The notes beneath the pieces are model-generated. The model was not told the DNA's origin and made no database searches. It saw only the letters and a list, made by a program, of their open reading frames with translations. Of a stretch of DNA of 64,000 nucleotides, positions 49,996 through 59,409 are shown piece by piece (within the stretch, counting starts at the first letter, position 1; every line of letters begins with the position of its first letter). The position numbers and the translations under genes are program-made. The stretch spans positions 375,183 to 439,182 of the forward strand of contig JBAZWG010000001.1 in NCBI GenBank assembly GCA_041660505.1, in the 5' to 3' direction. This DNA is from Minisyncoccota bacterium (lineage in GTDB: Bacteria > Patescibacteriota > Minisyncoccia > Phycocordibacterales > JACRKE01).

Positions 49996-50286
49996 ATGAA
50001 AACATTCGAAAAAATTGTATATGCAAGTGAAAAAGGACAGATAACCCTGCCGGTAGCTTGGCGGTCACAAACGGGCACAAATATGTTTCGTATTAAGGCG
50101 CATACACCGGGAAATCTCGAGGTTGTACCCGTTCAGGACCAAGAAGACGAGGAAACTGGCTGGGTAACGGTCTTTAACAAAGATCGTGACAATAACGGCA
50201 AAGGGTTGCCTGCATCAGAATTTATTCGAGTGCTTCGTAAAATCAGGAAAGAAGAAGACGGCAGGAAATCAAAGAGAAAGAAATGA
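49996..50286 (+). CDS. AbrB/MazE-like antitoxin (putative)
   Basis: 96 aa; ITLPVAWRSQTG swapped-hairpin-like motif. Overlaps the downstream toxin by ATGA. Confidence 0.45.
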   Translation: MKTFEKIVYASEKGQITLPVAWRSQTGTNMFRIKAHTPGNLEVVPVQDQEDEETGWVTVFNKDRDNNGKGLPASEFIRVLRKIRKEEDGRKSKRKK

Positions 50287-50516
50287 AGTATTGGGAGAAA
50301 TTACTGCGCCGAGCCTCCAGATTTGATCGTAACCAGGTTGAAGCCGCAATCGAGATAATTCTGGCACGTAAATTTCCACCGAATACTCTCCCATTAAAAG
50401 GAATAGATCATTTTCGTACCCGAGTGGGGGACTGGCGGATTGAGTTTCATCACGTCGATAAGATTGTACTCATAGATAAAGTCGGCCGCCGAAACGAGAG
50501 GACTTACAAGCAATAA
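50283..50516 (+). CDS. RelE/ParE-family toxin
   Basis: 77 aa; …LKGIDHFRTRVGDWRIEFHHVDKIVLIDKVGRRNERTY matches the ParE/RelE C-terminal pattern. Confidence 0.6.
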   Translation: MKYWEKLLRRASRFDRNQVEAAIEIILARKFPPNTLPLKGIDHFRTRVGDWRIEFHHVDKIVLIDKVGRRNERTYKQ

Positions 50517-50518
50517 CT

Positions 50519-50555
50519 AAAAAACACCTTTCGACATGCTCAAGGTGTTTTTTAG
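50519..50555 (+). terminator. Rho-independent terminator
   Basis: aaaaacacctt-tcgacatgctca-aggtgttttttag. Confidence 0.7.
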
Positions 50556-50742
50556 TCTGGAGAGCGGAACGGAGTGTTCCTTGCGGCTGCTCTCATCAGC
50601 CGATTGGTTGCTTAGCTTGCGCTATGCATCGACGTTGTCGCGCTGATTGAATTCAACCTCCAATCAAGGAGAGTTAAGCAGATAACGACGCGATTAGCAA
50701 TGCACTGGGCGTTTTTGTGTTTCTTTTGTATACTAGAGGCAT

Positions 50743-51534
50743 ATGCCAGATCAAAATACAACTCCAACACCACAGCCAGAAGCCGCGCTTCAAATCCCCA
50801 CCGCGCCTGCCGGCGGGCAGGGAAGCACGGCTTCGAATGCAACACCCACGCCTATAATCGACCCGACGGTAAAAACTGCGGCGGTTTCGGCTTTGTCAGG
50901 ACTCGACAAAAAATCCTTCGCCGAGCAGATATTGGCACAGACCGAGAAGCTTGCCGAGCAAGTGGTGCAGAATCCGCCGGCATATGGCGCCGGTGGCGAT
51001 GCGCACTTGATTAAGGATGAAAAACTAAAGGAGTCGGCGATGCAAGCGTTAGAGGGAGACAAGTGGCACGAGAAACGACTCGAAGAGGAGGCGCGACAAA
51101 AACTAGAAGATCAAAAACAACAATTGCTTGTTGAAAAAGAATCAGCCAAAGCCGAGATAGAGAAACTTGATCGCGAGAAAGAGGTCTTCGAACTCCAGTG
51201 GGTGAACTTGAACGACCAGAAGGCGCCGATAGACGCTGAGCTCCAGACTATAATTAATGAAGAAACTCGCCTCGAGGGTGAGGAAAAAAAGAAAGAACAA
51301 GAAGAGATTGCGGCGGAGAAACCAGAAGACCGCAAGGTCATGGAAGAGGCTCGTTGGCAGATCCAACAAGAGCGTCATGCCACGGAAGAGAAAAAGTGGG
51401 CGACGCAGGACAAGGTGAGTACTCTTATGACCGCCATGCAAGCCTTAAGTACGAAATATCAGGAGATCTTGGCGCAAGAGGACATTCGTAAGCGCCGAAT
51501 CCAGGAGATAGATAACGATATCAAGAATCTTTAA
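50743..51534 (+). CDS. Coiled-coil hypothetical protein
   Basis: 263 aa, charged coiled-coil composition. Translationally coupled (TAATG) to the next gene. Confidence 0.5.
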   Translation: MPDQNTTPTPQPEAALQIPTAPAGGQGSTASNATPTPIIDPTVKTAAVSALSGLDKKSFAEQILAQTEKLAEQVVQNPPAYGAGGDAHLIKDEKLKESAMQALEGDKWHEKRLEEEARQKLEDQKQQLLVEKESAKAEIEKLDREKEVFELQWVNLNDQKAPIDAELQTIINEETRLEGEEKKKEQEEIAAEKPEDRKVMEEARWQIQQERHATEEKKWATQDKVSTLMTAMQALSTKYQEILAQEDIRKRRIQEIDNDIKNL

Positions 51535-52697
51535 TGCCTCCGCAAGACCAGACACAACCAATCGATTCAAGCGTTGAACTCGCCAAGAAACGAGCTATGG
51601 CCCAGATGGCGATGGAGGGCGAGGAACGCCGGCTGAAGCGCGAGCAAGAAGAAAAGTTCCGCAAAGAAAAAGAATTACTCGATCAGCGCAAACAAAACGA
51701 GAAGATCCGCATGCAGGGTGAAGCGGCTCGGCAAGAGATAGAGCGCCTCGCACAGATAAAGAGGCTTCGCGAGGATCGCGCCACGCACGTAGTGGAAGAA
51801 AAAATGGCGACAGCGGAGGTTCGCGAGAACCCGAACATAACCCTCTCGCCAATCCGCACGCTCAAATTCGACATGAGCACGATGATTAAAGACACCAAAG
51901 CATCGGTAGTATCGATGGCCATCAAAGAGGACGAGAAAAGACGAATGATGGAAACGGGTGTTATTCAGGAAAAGAAAAAGAATTATATTCTTATCGGTTT
52001 TTCAGTCATCTTGCTTATTGGCGGTCTGACAGCGCTCGGATTTTGGGCTTACGGTGCTTATAAAGCCAAACAGTTGGCGACTGTCCCAAACTCGGCAAAG
52101 ACTGTGGATTCGATAATTTTTGCCGAAGATTACACGGACATAGTAGTCACGAACGAGAACGCAATAACCTTGTCTGCCAAACTCCGTTCGGACGTGCCGA
52201 ACAACAATATACCGATAGGCAGTGTGAAATATTATCGTTTCATTGATAACGCCACCGGCCAAATACGTGTCTTAACCGCCGGCGAATGGCTGGCCAAGCT
52301 TAACGTTGCCGCGCCCGATACTTTGCTTCGCCTTATCGGCGACACCTTTATGTACGGAATATACTCCGGCGCCCAGAATAGCGGGTTCATTATTTTGCAA
52401 ACATCGTATTATGAAAAAGCCTTCGCCGGCATGCTCGCGTGGGAAGGTTCTTTGGCACATGATCTTTATCCGATTTTATCTGGCAGTCCGGTGACTCCGG
52501 AATTACAGAACACGAGATTCACCGACGTCAGCATTAAGAACATAGACGCTCGAGTCCTAAAAAACGCGAACGGCAAAACAGAATTGATTTATGCCTTCTT
52601 GCCGAACAGAACAACCGTCGTAATAGCCCATAATGAGGCAACAATACTCGAGGTGTTAACAAGGCTTACGACGCCAAAACCACAAGTGACAAAGTAA
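51534..52697 (+). CDS. Membrane-anchored hypothetical protein
   Basis: 387 aa; N-terminal coiled coil, one TM helix (ILIGFSVILLIGGLTALGFWAYGAY), extracytoplasmic domain. Confidence 0.5.
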   Translation: MPPQDQTQPIDSSVELAKKRAMAQMAMEGEERRLKREQEEKFRKEKELLDQRKQNEKIRMQGEAARQEIERLAQIKRLREDRATHVVEEKMATAEVRENPNITLSPIRTLKFDMSTMIKDTKASVVSMAIKEDEKRRMMETGVIQEKKKNYILIGFSVILLIGGLTALGFWAYGAYKAKQLATVPNSAKTVDSIIFAEDYTDIVVTNENAITLSAKLRSDVPNNNIPIGSVKYYRFIDNATGQIRVLTAGEWLAKLNVAAPDTLLRLIGDTFMYGIYSGAQNSGFIILQTSYYEKAFAGMLAWEGSLAHDLYPILSGSPVTPELQNTRFTDVSIKNIDARVLKNANGKTELIYAFLPNRTTVVIAHNEATILEVLTRLTTPKPQVTK

Positions 52698-52706
52698 AAA
52701 TAATCC

Positions 52707-54236
52707 ATGCTTGCGAAAGTCCATTCTGCACAAGTCACCGGCTTACGAGCAGATATAATTGATATTGAGGTTGATATTTCCAAATCGTTAAAGTCTTTCA
52801 CTATAGTCGGCTTGCCGGATAAGGCTGTAGAAGAAGCGAAGGACAGGATCTCGGCGGCAATAAAAAATTCCGGCTATCCGTCACCACACAAGGGCAATAA
52901 AAAAACCGTTGTTTCACTGGCGCCGGCGGACATAAAGAAAGAGGGACCGATCTTCGATCTCGGCATTGCCCTGGGCCACATGAAGGCATCGAAGACTATC
53001 GAGTTCGATGCGCGGGATAAAATCTTCGTCGGCGAGCTGTCGTTAAACGGCGACCTGCGCCCGGTGAAGGGGATACTAATGATCGCCCGCAAGGCTAAAG
53101 AAGAAAAGTTTAAAGAACTTTATGTGCCGGCAGATAATGCCAAAGAAGCGGCGCTTATCGAAGGCATAAACGTGTACGGGTGTAAAAATCTTAAGCAGAT
53201 AGTCACACACTTAACACCCGGCCCGAGCTTCAAAATAAAACCGAATCCGAAGACGGAGATAATATACGTAGAGCCAACTTACGTGACAGATATGGCGCAC
53301 ATTCATGGTCAGGAATCGGCTAAGCGCGGGCTCGAGATAGCCGCAGCCGGTGGCCACAACATCATCATGAGCGGTCCACCTGGGACAGGCAAGACGATGC
53401 TCGCCAAGGCTTTCGTTGGTATCCTCCCGCCACTCTTATTCGACGACGCGCTCGAAGTGACTGGTATATATTCTGTCGCGGGGCAATTGGATGAAGAATT
53501 AATGACCCATCCGCCTCTGCGCTCACCGCATCATACATCATCATATGTGTCCCTCGTCGGTGGCGGGACATTCCCCAAGCCGGGGGAGATTACGTTGGCT
53601 CATCGCGGAGTATTATTCCTTGATGAATTCCCCGAATTTGAAACTAGAGTTATCGAAGCATTACGTCAACCATTAGAAGACAGGGTCATTCACGTCTCGC
53701 GCATCAAAGGCACCGTCAAATTCCCGGCAAGCTTCATTCTTGTCGCGGCTATGAACCCATGCCCCTGCGGTAATAAGGGCTCGAAGAAGAAAGAATGTAT
53801 CTGCAACCAGTCTATGCTAATGAAATATTCTCGCAAAATATCCGGCCCCATAATTGACCGCATCGATTTATATTTAGAAGTTCCGCAGATAGAACATGCT
53901 AAACTCGCCGACACCGGCTATCACGGCGAGTCATCTAAGACGGTGCAAGCACGCGTAAAGAAGGCGAGAGAAAAGGCGCTCACGCGATTTAAGAATGCCG
54001 GGGTAAATATAAATATGAACAGCGAGATGAGCGGGGAACAGCTGAAGAAACTCGTGCCGTTAACCAAAGAATGCTCGCAAATACTCATTTCGTCTGCAGA
54101 GAGGTTGAACCTTTCCGCAAGGGCATATCATCGGGTTATCAAACTCGCGCGCACTATCGCCGACCTCGCCGATGCAGAAAGTGTCGCTGAAAATCATATC
54201 TTAGAAGCTTTACAGTACCGCCCCAAGGTTGCATAA
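52707..54236 (+). CDS. comM: YifB/ComM-family Mg-chelatase-like AAA+ ATPase
   Basis: 509 aa; N-terminal Lon-protease-like domain, Walker A GPPGTGKTMLA, ChlI/MCM-like core, characteristic C-terminus. Confidence 0.9.
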   Translation: MLAKVHSAQVTGLRADIIDIEVDISKSLKSFTIVGLPDKAVEEAKDRISAAIKNSGYPSPHKGNKKTVVSLAPADIKKEGPIFDLGIALGHMKASKTIEFDARDKIFVGELSLNGDLRPVKGILMIARKAKEEKFKELYVPADNAKEAALIEGINVYGCKNLKQIVTHLTPGPSFKIKPNPKTEIIYVEPTYVTDMAHIHGQESAKRGLEIAAAGGHNIIMSGPPGTGKTMLAKAFVGILPPLLFDDALEVTGIYSVAGQLDEELMTHPPLRSPHHTSSYVSLVGGGTFPKPGEITLAHRGVLFLDEFPEFETRVIEALRQPLEDRVIHVSRIKGTVKFPASFILVAAMNPCPCGNKGSKKKECICNQSMLMKYSRKISGPIIDRIDLYLEVPQIEHAKLADTGYHGESSKTVQARVKKAREKALTRFKNAGVNINMNSEMSGEQLKKLVPLTKECSQILISSAERLNLSARAYHRVIKLARTIADLADAESVAENHILEALQYRPKVA

Positions 54237-54322
54237 TTTCAGAAAAAGAGTATTATTTCCGACGGCAGAGTTTTCCGCTGCCTTACAGTCACTGGTCGCG
54301 ACGGACCTAAAGGAGGCCCGTT

Positions 54323-54898
54323 TTGCTTTCTGAAACCGAAAGAACTTTCATCAACAAGCTTCGCGAGGATGAGGTACTCCGAGATATTCGTCGCGATTTG
54401 TTGACGAACTTCTTTACTGAAGGAGCGCTTCTTGTAGCCTGCGGAGACTGCGAAAGATTCTGGGAGGCTATCGATTGGTTGCGAAACCATACCGACGGCC
54501 TACTTTCTCAGGACAAGTGGCGATTGCAGTTGTGCGTCTTCAACGGCGCACCGTTGCATCTTTCACGCAAAATGAGTTGGGAGCACAAGTTCATTCTGGA
54601 GCAATTTTCCCAGACGAACAGCTTCAAGAGCATTGAGCGTGTTATTGTCCACGGACATGGCCCTTGTAGCGCGGCAGGGCATATGGGGCTAACCCTCCCA
54701 CAGAATCTTGCGCTCACAATGCATGCCCGTGAGGTGATCGTTGACGTTTTCGGGCTCAAACCCGAAAACGTCATTGCCCTGTTCCATGCACATTACCGCG
54801 ACAAAATGCGGTTGTACAAAATCAAAAGGAGTGCATGGAAACGCGCAACAGAAGAGAACCATGATGTTCGGGTAGGGTTGCACACCCTATCGATATAG
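54323..54898 (+). CDS. Hypothetical protein
   Basis: 191 aa ORF. Preferred over the overlapping antisense 83-aa ORF because it is followed by a clean terminator. Confidence 0.45.
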   Translation: MLSETERTFINKLREDEVLRDIRRDLLTNFFTEGALLVACGDCERFWEAIDWLRNHTDGLLSQDKWRLQLCVFNGAPLHLSRKMSWEHKFILEQFSQTNSFKSIERVIVHGHGPCSAAGHMGLTLPQNLALTMHAREVIVDVFGLKPENVIALFHAHYRDKMRLYKIKRSAWKRATEENHDVRVGLHTLSI

Positions 54899-54915
54899 GT
54901 AGCGGAAAAACACGA

Positions 54916-54955
54916 CCCCCATCGCACACGCGGTGGGGGTCGGGGAGTTTTTAAT
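54916..54955 (+). terminator. Rho-independent terminator
   Basis: gaccccca-tcgcacacgcgg-tgggggtc then ggggagttttta. Confidence 0.65.
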
Positions 54956-54959
54956 TCTT

Positions 54960-54995
54960 AAGGTTCGACCTTAAGCATCCAAAAGGTCGAACCTT
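54960..54995. repeat. Family-3 paired palindrome element, intergenic
   Basis: aaggttcgacctt-aagcatccaa-aaggtcgaacctt. Confidence 0.8.
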
Positions 54996-55002
54996 TTAAA
55001 TT

Positions 55003-55836
55003 CTAAAACGGATTACGTGCGCCGCGGACTTCGAAGTGCAGGTGCGGACCGGTGGATTTGCCGGTATCGCCTAAGAGGCCAATGACTTGGCCTTGGGTAA
55101 CGTGTTCGCCTACGCCTACTGATGATTTAAGCAAGTGCCCGTATAAAGTCTGAGTACCATTAGTGTGCGCAATCACAATATAATTACCATATCCGCCATT
55201 ATAGCCACTGTTATTTTTACTTATCAGAACATCGCCCTCGGCGGCAGCAAGAACAGGTGAGCCTTCAGGCAGTACAAGATCGACGCCGTTATGGCCGTGA
55301 AGTCCTTGCGTGCGCCGATAGCCAGGCAGAGGGTTTGTATAAAAAGAATCTTTATTCGGCAAGATTTTTACTGATTTAGTGGACTTTTTTATCGGCTTGG
55401 CAACCGGCTCTTCGATTGATATCGGCAGGATGGTCAGATGCATGCCGTCTATAATCGGCTCGTTCTGTCCTAGGTCGTTGGCTTTACGAATAGTATATTC
55501 CGTCACGCCGTACATGTGCGCAATTTCTGATAGAGTTTCGCCCTTTCGTACAACATATACAGCAATCTGGTCGGCATTGGTGTCATCTTCATCATCAAAT
55601 CCACCGATACCGCGAGTTAGGGTCGGCTGGGGGAGGTATAGTGTCTGAGAATTAACACTACTCATCGCTCCACCGTCAGCATCCGCCAAGGCACTCCGAA
55701 CATAGTCGGCATTGCCGCTAAATAACGGCCTAGATACGAGATATAACAGAAAAAGAGCCCCGATGACGAGCCCTCGATTTTTCCACGTTTTTAGCTGTTG
55801 TTTCTTCGCTTTCCGCACAGGGATATAGTATAGCAA
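55003..55836 (-). CDS. LysM-domain M23 family metallopeptidase
   Basis: LysM (YVVRKGETLSEIAHMYGVTEYTIRKAN) plus M23 motifs (HNGVDL…; GHLLKSSVGVGEHVTQGQVIGLLGDTGKSTGPHLHFEVR). Confidence 0.85.
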   Translation of the reverse strand: MLYYIPVRKAKKQQLKTWKNRGLVIGALFLLYLVSRPLFSGNADYVRSALADADGGAMSSVNSQTLYLPQPTLTRGIGGFDDEDDTNADQIAVYVVRKGETLSEIAHMYGVTEYTIRKANDLGQNEPIIDGMHLTILPISIEEPVAKPIKKSTKSVKILPNKDSFYTNPLPGYRRTQGLHGHNGVDLVLPEGSPVLAAAEGDVLISKNNSGYNGGYGNYIVIAHTNGTQTLYGHLLKSSVGVGEHVTQGQVIGLLGDTGKSTGPHLHFEVRGARNPF

Positions 55837-55896
55837 AAAATCGACCCCCTTTCGAGTTTATCCACACGACATTACGCCTGTCAAGACACCCTTATT

Positions 55897-56235
55897 TTAG
55901 ATCAAGAATAGCTTTTTGAGACGCGATTTTACCTGCTTCATATGGTCCTCATCAATAATACCGATATCGCCAAGAATAATGCGCCGATCAAGCGTGGCGA
56001 GTTTGGCGACCCGAATGACTGAATCTGACTTTAGTCCGGTTCTTGCAAAATGCGGGTCGGTCCGTTTTATAAGAACATCCATTGGATCAGTACGCTCGGT
56101 GTTTGTTGAAATAAATGCCACGACAAAATCCTCGCTCGCTGAATGTTCCGCAATAACGACGGCGGGGCGCACCTTTGCTTCGGAAAGATCTGAATAGGGG
56201 AATGGCGTCAAAACAATTAGCCCTCGTTTAGACAT
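55897..56235 (-). CDS. MazF/PemK-family toxin (mRNA interferase)
   Basis: 112 aa; GLIVLTPFPYSDLSEAKVRPAVVI…VAFISTN is the PemK/MazF signature. Confidence 0.7.
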   Translation of the reverse strand: MSKRGLIVLTPFPYSDLSEAKVRPAVVIAEHSASEDFVVAFISTNTERTDPMDVLIKRTDPHFARTGLKSDSVIRVAKLATLDRRIILGDIGIIDEDHMKQVKSRLKKLFLI

Positions 56236-56479
56236 AGCGGTGCTTTAGGTCAGCCATAGAATATAGATCCGGCTCATCATAAAGAAAATCGAATGAGGGA
56301 GAGCTTGCATTAATCTTCGTAATCTCATTTACCTCTCGAGAGAACTCTCGCGGATATGGAATTAATAAGACTTCCGGCTCATTCCATCGGCCAATCGCCA
56401 CGGCTTCGCTTTTCTGCCGCACATGATCAATTAGATCGGAAAACTGTTTGCGTGCTTCAGTGGTTGATAGAGTTTTCAT
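56228..56479 (-). CDS. Putative Phd/YefM-like antitoxin
   Basis: 83 aa, overlaps the toxin start by 8 nt. N-terminus LSTTEARKQFSDLIDHVRQKSEAVAI matches the Phd/YefM pattern. Confidence 0.5.
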   Translation of the reverse strand: MKTLSTTEARKQFSDLIDHVRQKSEAVAIGRWNEPEVLLIPYPREFSREVNEITKINASSPSFDFLYDEPDLYSMADLKHRYV

Positions 56480-56521
56480 ATCACTATAATATCATTTTTG
56501 TACAATTTGTACAAATTCAAA

Positions 56522-58900
56522 TTATAAGCGTAATCTTGCCAAGATATCCGCTTCGACGTCTTCTAGATCTTTGCCGTAGACGAGGCGGGAGAGTTCTTTT
56601 AGCTTTTCGCGGACTTCCGCATTGCCGGGCGGGGGAGGGAGCAGGTGCATCGTGAACGGGCGAGACGGCTGGCCATTTATGAGCATCTTCACGTGGGCGA
56701 ATTTGTTCTCTATGCTAATTAAATCCTTTGCGGTGAAGATCGGGTCGAATTGTTTACCAAGCACTTCTGTATCCGGCACGCCGACGCGGCAGGCGATAAC
56801 GGAGCCGACGTTGCCGAAGACGGCATCGCGAATCTTCTCCGGCATCTGGGCGACGAACTGGTGAGCAATTATCATATCAAGGCGATATTTGCGCGCCTCG
56901 GAGAGAATGGTCGCGATGGAGTCGGTGGTAAAGTTCTGGAACTCGTCTATATATAGATAGAAATCGCGGCGATCTTCTTGGTTAATTATGTCAGAGCGCC
57001 CGAAGGCCGCCATCATCAGCTTGCCGACGATAATCATACCGAGAAGGTTGGCGTTTAACTCGCCGATTTTTGCCTTAGGCAGATTGATGAAGAGCATCTT
57101 GCCCTCGTCCATCAGCTTGCGGAAGTTGAAGGCCGACTTGGGCTGGCCAATAATCGGGCGGACGAAATCGTTCGAGAGGAAGTTACCGAACTTGGAGGTA
57201 ATCCAGACGGTCATATTAGCAAGCGAGTGTTCGCCGGAAGTTTTCGTCGCTTCGCGCTCCCAGAAGTCGATGACGGTCGGATTCTTTACGCGCGCAAGTT
57301 TGCGTTTGCGAAAGGCCTCATCGGTAAATATTCGAGGCACTTCTACGAGCGTGCACGGCTCGTTAACCGCGTCTTCCATGAGTAGGAGCAGAGCATTGCG
57401 CATGTATTGCTGGAACATCGGCCCCATACTCTGCGCGTCGAAGAGGCGGTCGAAGATGGACTGGATCTCGGATACGACGAAGCTCTTCTGTTCCGGATTA
57501 TCCAGGTCATATTCGAGCATGTTAAGGCCTAATGGGCGCGCGATATCTGATGGATCGAAGATGATAACGTCGTCTATCCTCTCCTTCGGCACAAGCGCCA
57601 ACATATCGTTAAAAAAGTCGGTGTTCGGATCAATAAGACAGAATCCTTTGCCGTTCACAATATCTTGCGCCACCATATGTTTCATCGTAAGCGTCTTACC
57701 GGTACCGGTCTGGCCGATAATATAGAGATGTCGGCGACGGTCGTCGTCGGTCATGCGGACATTCTTATGCTCGTCGCGATAAACACTCTCGCCTATAATA
57801 ATGCCTGCATCCGGCAAGCTCTCCGGCGGGGGAGCCTCGCGCGACGTGAGCCACTTGATGCGCGGAATGTCGGTCGAGGATGTTGGCAAGTGGAAGATGC
57901 TGGCAAGCTCCTCACTGCTTAAGATCATCGTCTGTCCGCCGTCGTACTCGCGAAAAGAATATTCATAGATTAAGCGTTTCAGATTCTTCGGCCTCACTGG
58001 CACAAGCTCGTTGCGCACCGGAGAAGAGAACTGTGAGAAAGAAGCGATAACGGAATTCAAAATACTTTCCGCTCTAGCCATGTCTGTTGCCGAGGCAAGT
58101 ACGCGGACGTTCACCGCAAAGAGCGGCTTAGAGACTTTCTCTTGTAGTGCCTTAATTGCGTCGTCGTCGGTAACTCTGTATGTTTCTTCTCTTTTTTCTT
58201 TTTTTGTATTCGTCGTCGGCTTAAGGACTTTATAAAGTTCTTTCGTCGTTATGAACTGCTTCTTCATCACGCGAGAGAACTTCTCGCCTTGCTTCAAGTT
58301 GCGGATAGCGTCCATTATTTTCTTCCTCGCCCTCTTATGCGCCGGCTGGAAGATAATCTGGAGCGAGACGCCTTCGCTCACATCGGCGAGCTTGGAGAAG
58401 TTGGAGAGTATCGGGGCGAATGTGTCTACCTGCGCCTCTTTATAAGTGCGAATTGGCGCCACATAACTCTGTTTCTGAGTAAAATAGGCCCCTACGGTCG
58501 CGCCATTCGGTTCGAAGATATTATAATCTGCGGTCTCTACAACCTGGCTGTCGGGGAAGAGCCCTTGGATCTGGCGTGAAGCAAACTCAACATAAGCCTC
58601 CGGCACGGCAATATAGAAGAAGATATCCTCGCCGATGCGATGTACGGATGTTTCGAAAACGACCGGTTGTTTAACCGATGTAAGTGCGGAGAAAATCTGC
58701 TCGGTCAACGCAACCTCTTTGGTAAAATCTATTTGCTCGTTTCTATTTGTGCCGAGCTCATCTTTACGTTTGGCAATTTTAATAATGAGTAGCTTTAGAT
58801 TAAGCGTATCCAGGCGCCCGACGCGGAAATGGTTGTACGCCATAATCCCGCCGACAATAATGATCGCGATAGTTATAAACGTAAAGCCAAGTAGATTCAT
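56522..58900 (-). CDS. VirD4/TraD/TraG-family type IV coupling protein-like ATPase
   Basis: 792 aa; N-terminal TM helix, Walker A GQTGTGKT, Walker B-like LYIDEFQNF, TraG-D_C-like C-terminal region. Confidence 0.65.
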   Translation of the reverse strand: MNLLGFTFITIAIIIVGGIMAYNHFRVGRLDTLNLKLLIIKIAKRKDELGTNRNEQIDFTKEVALTEQIFSALTSVKQPVVFETSVHRIGEDIFFYIAVPEAYVEFASRQIQGLFPDSQVVETADYNIFEPNGATVGAYFTQKQSYVAPIRTYKEAQVDTFAPILSNFSKLADVSEGVSLQIIFQPAHKRARKKIMDAIRNLKQGEKFSRVMKKQFITTKELYKVLKPTTNTKKEKREETYRVTDDDAIKALQEKVSKPLFAVNVRVLASATDMARAESILNSVIASFSQFSSPVRNELVPVRPKNLKRLIYEYSFREYDGGQTMILSSEELASIFHLPTSSTDIPRIKWLTSREAPPPESLPDAGIIIGESVYRDEHKNVRMTDDDRRRHLYIIGQTGTGKTLTMKHMVAQDIVNGKGFCLIDPNTDFFNDMLALVPKERIDDVIIFDPSDIARPLGLNMLEYDLDNPEQKSFVVSEIQSIFDRLFDAQSMGPMFQQYMRNALLLLMEDAVNEPCTLVEVPRIFTDEAFRKRKLARVKNPTVIDFWEREATKTSGEHSLANMTVWITSKFGNFLSNDFVRPIIGQPKSAFNFRKLMDEGKMLFINLPKAKIGELNANLLGMIIVGKLMMAAFGRSDIINQEDRRDFYLYIDEFQNFTTDSIATILSEARKYRLDMIIAHQFVAQMPEKIRDAVFGNVGSVIACRVGVPDTEVLGKQFDPIFTAKDLISIENKFAHVKMLINGQPSRPFTMHLLPPPPGNAEVREKLKELSRLVYGKDLEDVEADILARLRL

Positions 58901-58904
58901 AAAT

Positions 58905-59324
58905 TTATTTTACCAAACCTCGTGATTTCATCTCACTATAAAGTTTATCGGTAAGGGCGTCGTGGAAGACGTCGAGCAGGAAAGGGTCTTCTTCTATAAC
59001 CTGGCGCAGTGTGGCCTGGATGCCGTTATGGAACGCTTGCGCGACGTAGCCGTTAACTTTAGCGACCGTCGCATCATCCACAGTATCGAGATAACTTTTG
59101 CTACCGGCTTGGGCTTTCTTGACAGCGGCTTGCCCCGAGCTTGTCGAGGGGGCTGGCACTTGCGTAGTATCATCGGTTGTGGCAGATGGGGCACTCCTCG
59201 GTAGGAGCTCGCTGATTTTCTCGGTGAGCGCGGCATGCAACTGCTCTTTAGCGTCAGATGCCGGTCTCTCACTTGCAACCGCTTGTGTTAATGCCGCGAG
59301 TTCTGCGTCGAAATTTGAGTCCAT
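58905..59324 (-). CDS. Hypothetical protein upstream of the coupling-protein gene
   Basis: 139 aa ORF, 4 nt from the next gene, probably same operon. Confidence 0.45.
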   Translation of the reverse strand: MDSNFDAELAALTQAVASERPASDAKEQLHAALTEKISELLPRSAPSATTDDTTQVPAPSTSSGQAAVKKAQAGSKSYLDTVDDATVAKVNGYVAQAFHNGIQATLRQVIEEDPFLLDVFHDALTDKLYSEMKSRGLVK

Positions 59325-59338
59325 AAATTTTTTGATTT

Positions 59339-59374
59339 AAGGTTCAACCTTTTAGGTGCTTAAGGTTGAACCTT
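59339..59374. repeat. Family-3 paired palindrome element, intergenic (divergent promoter region)
   Basis: aaggttcaacctt-ttaggtgctt-aaggttgaacctt. Confidence 0.8.
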
Positions 59375-59409
59375 TGCCAGTATAACACGCTCATGACTCA
59401 CTTCGTAAT

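Noticed and set aside
54239-54490. 83-aa minus-strand ORF
   Set aside because: It overlaps the better-supported + strand 54323-54898 gene, which ends at a clean terminator, and has no RBS
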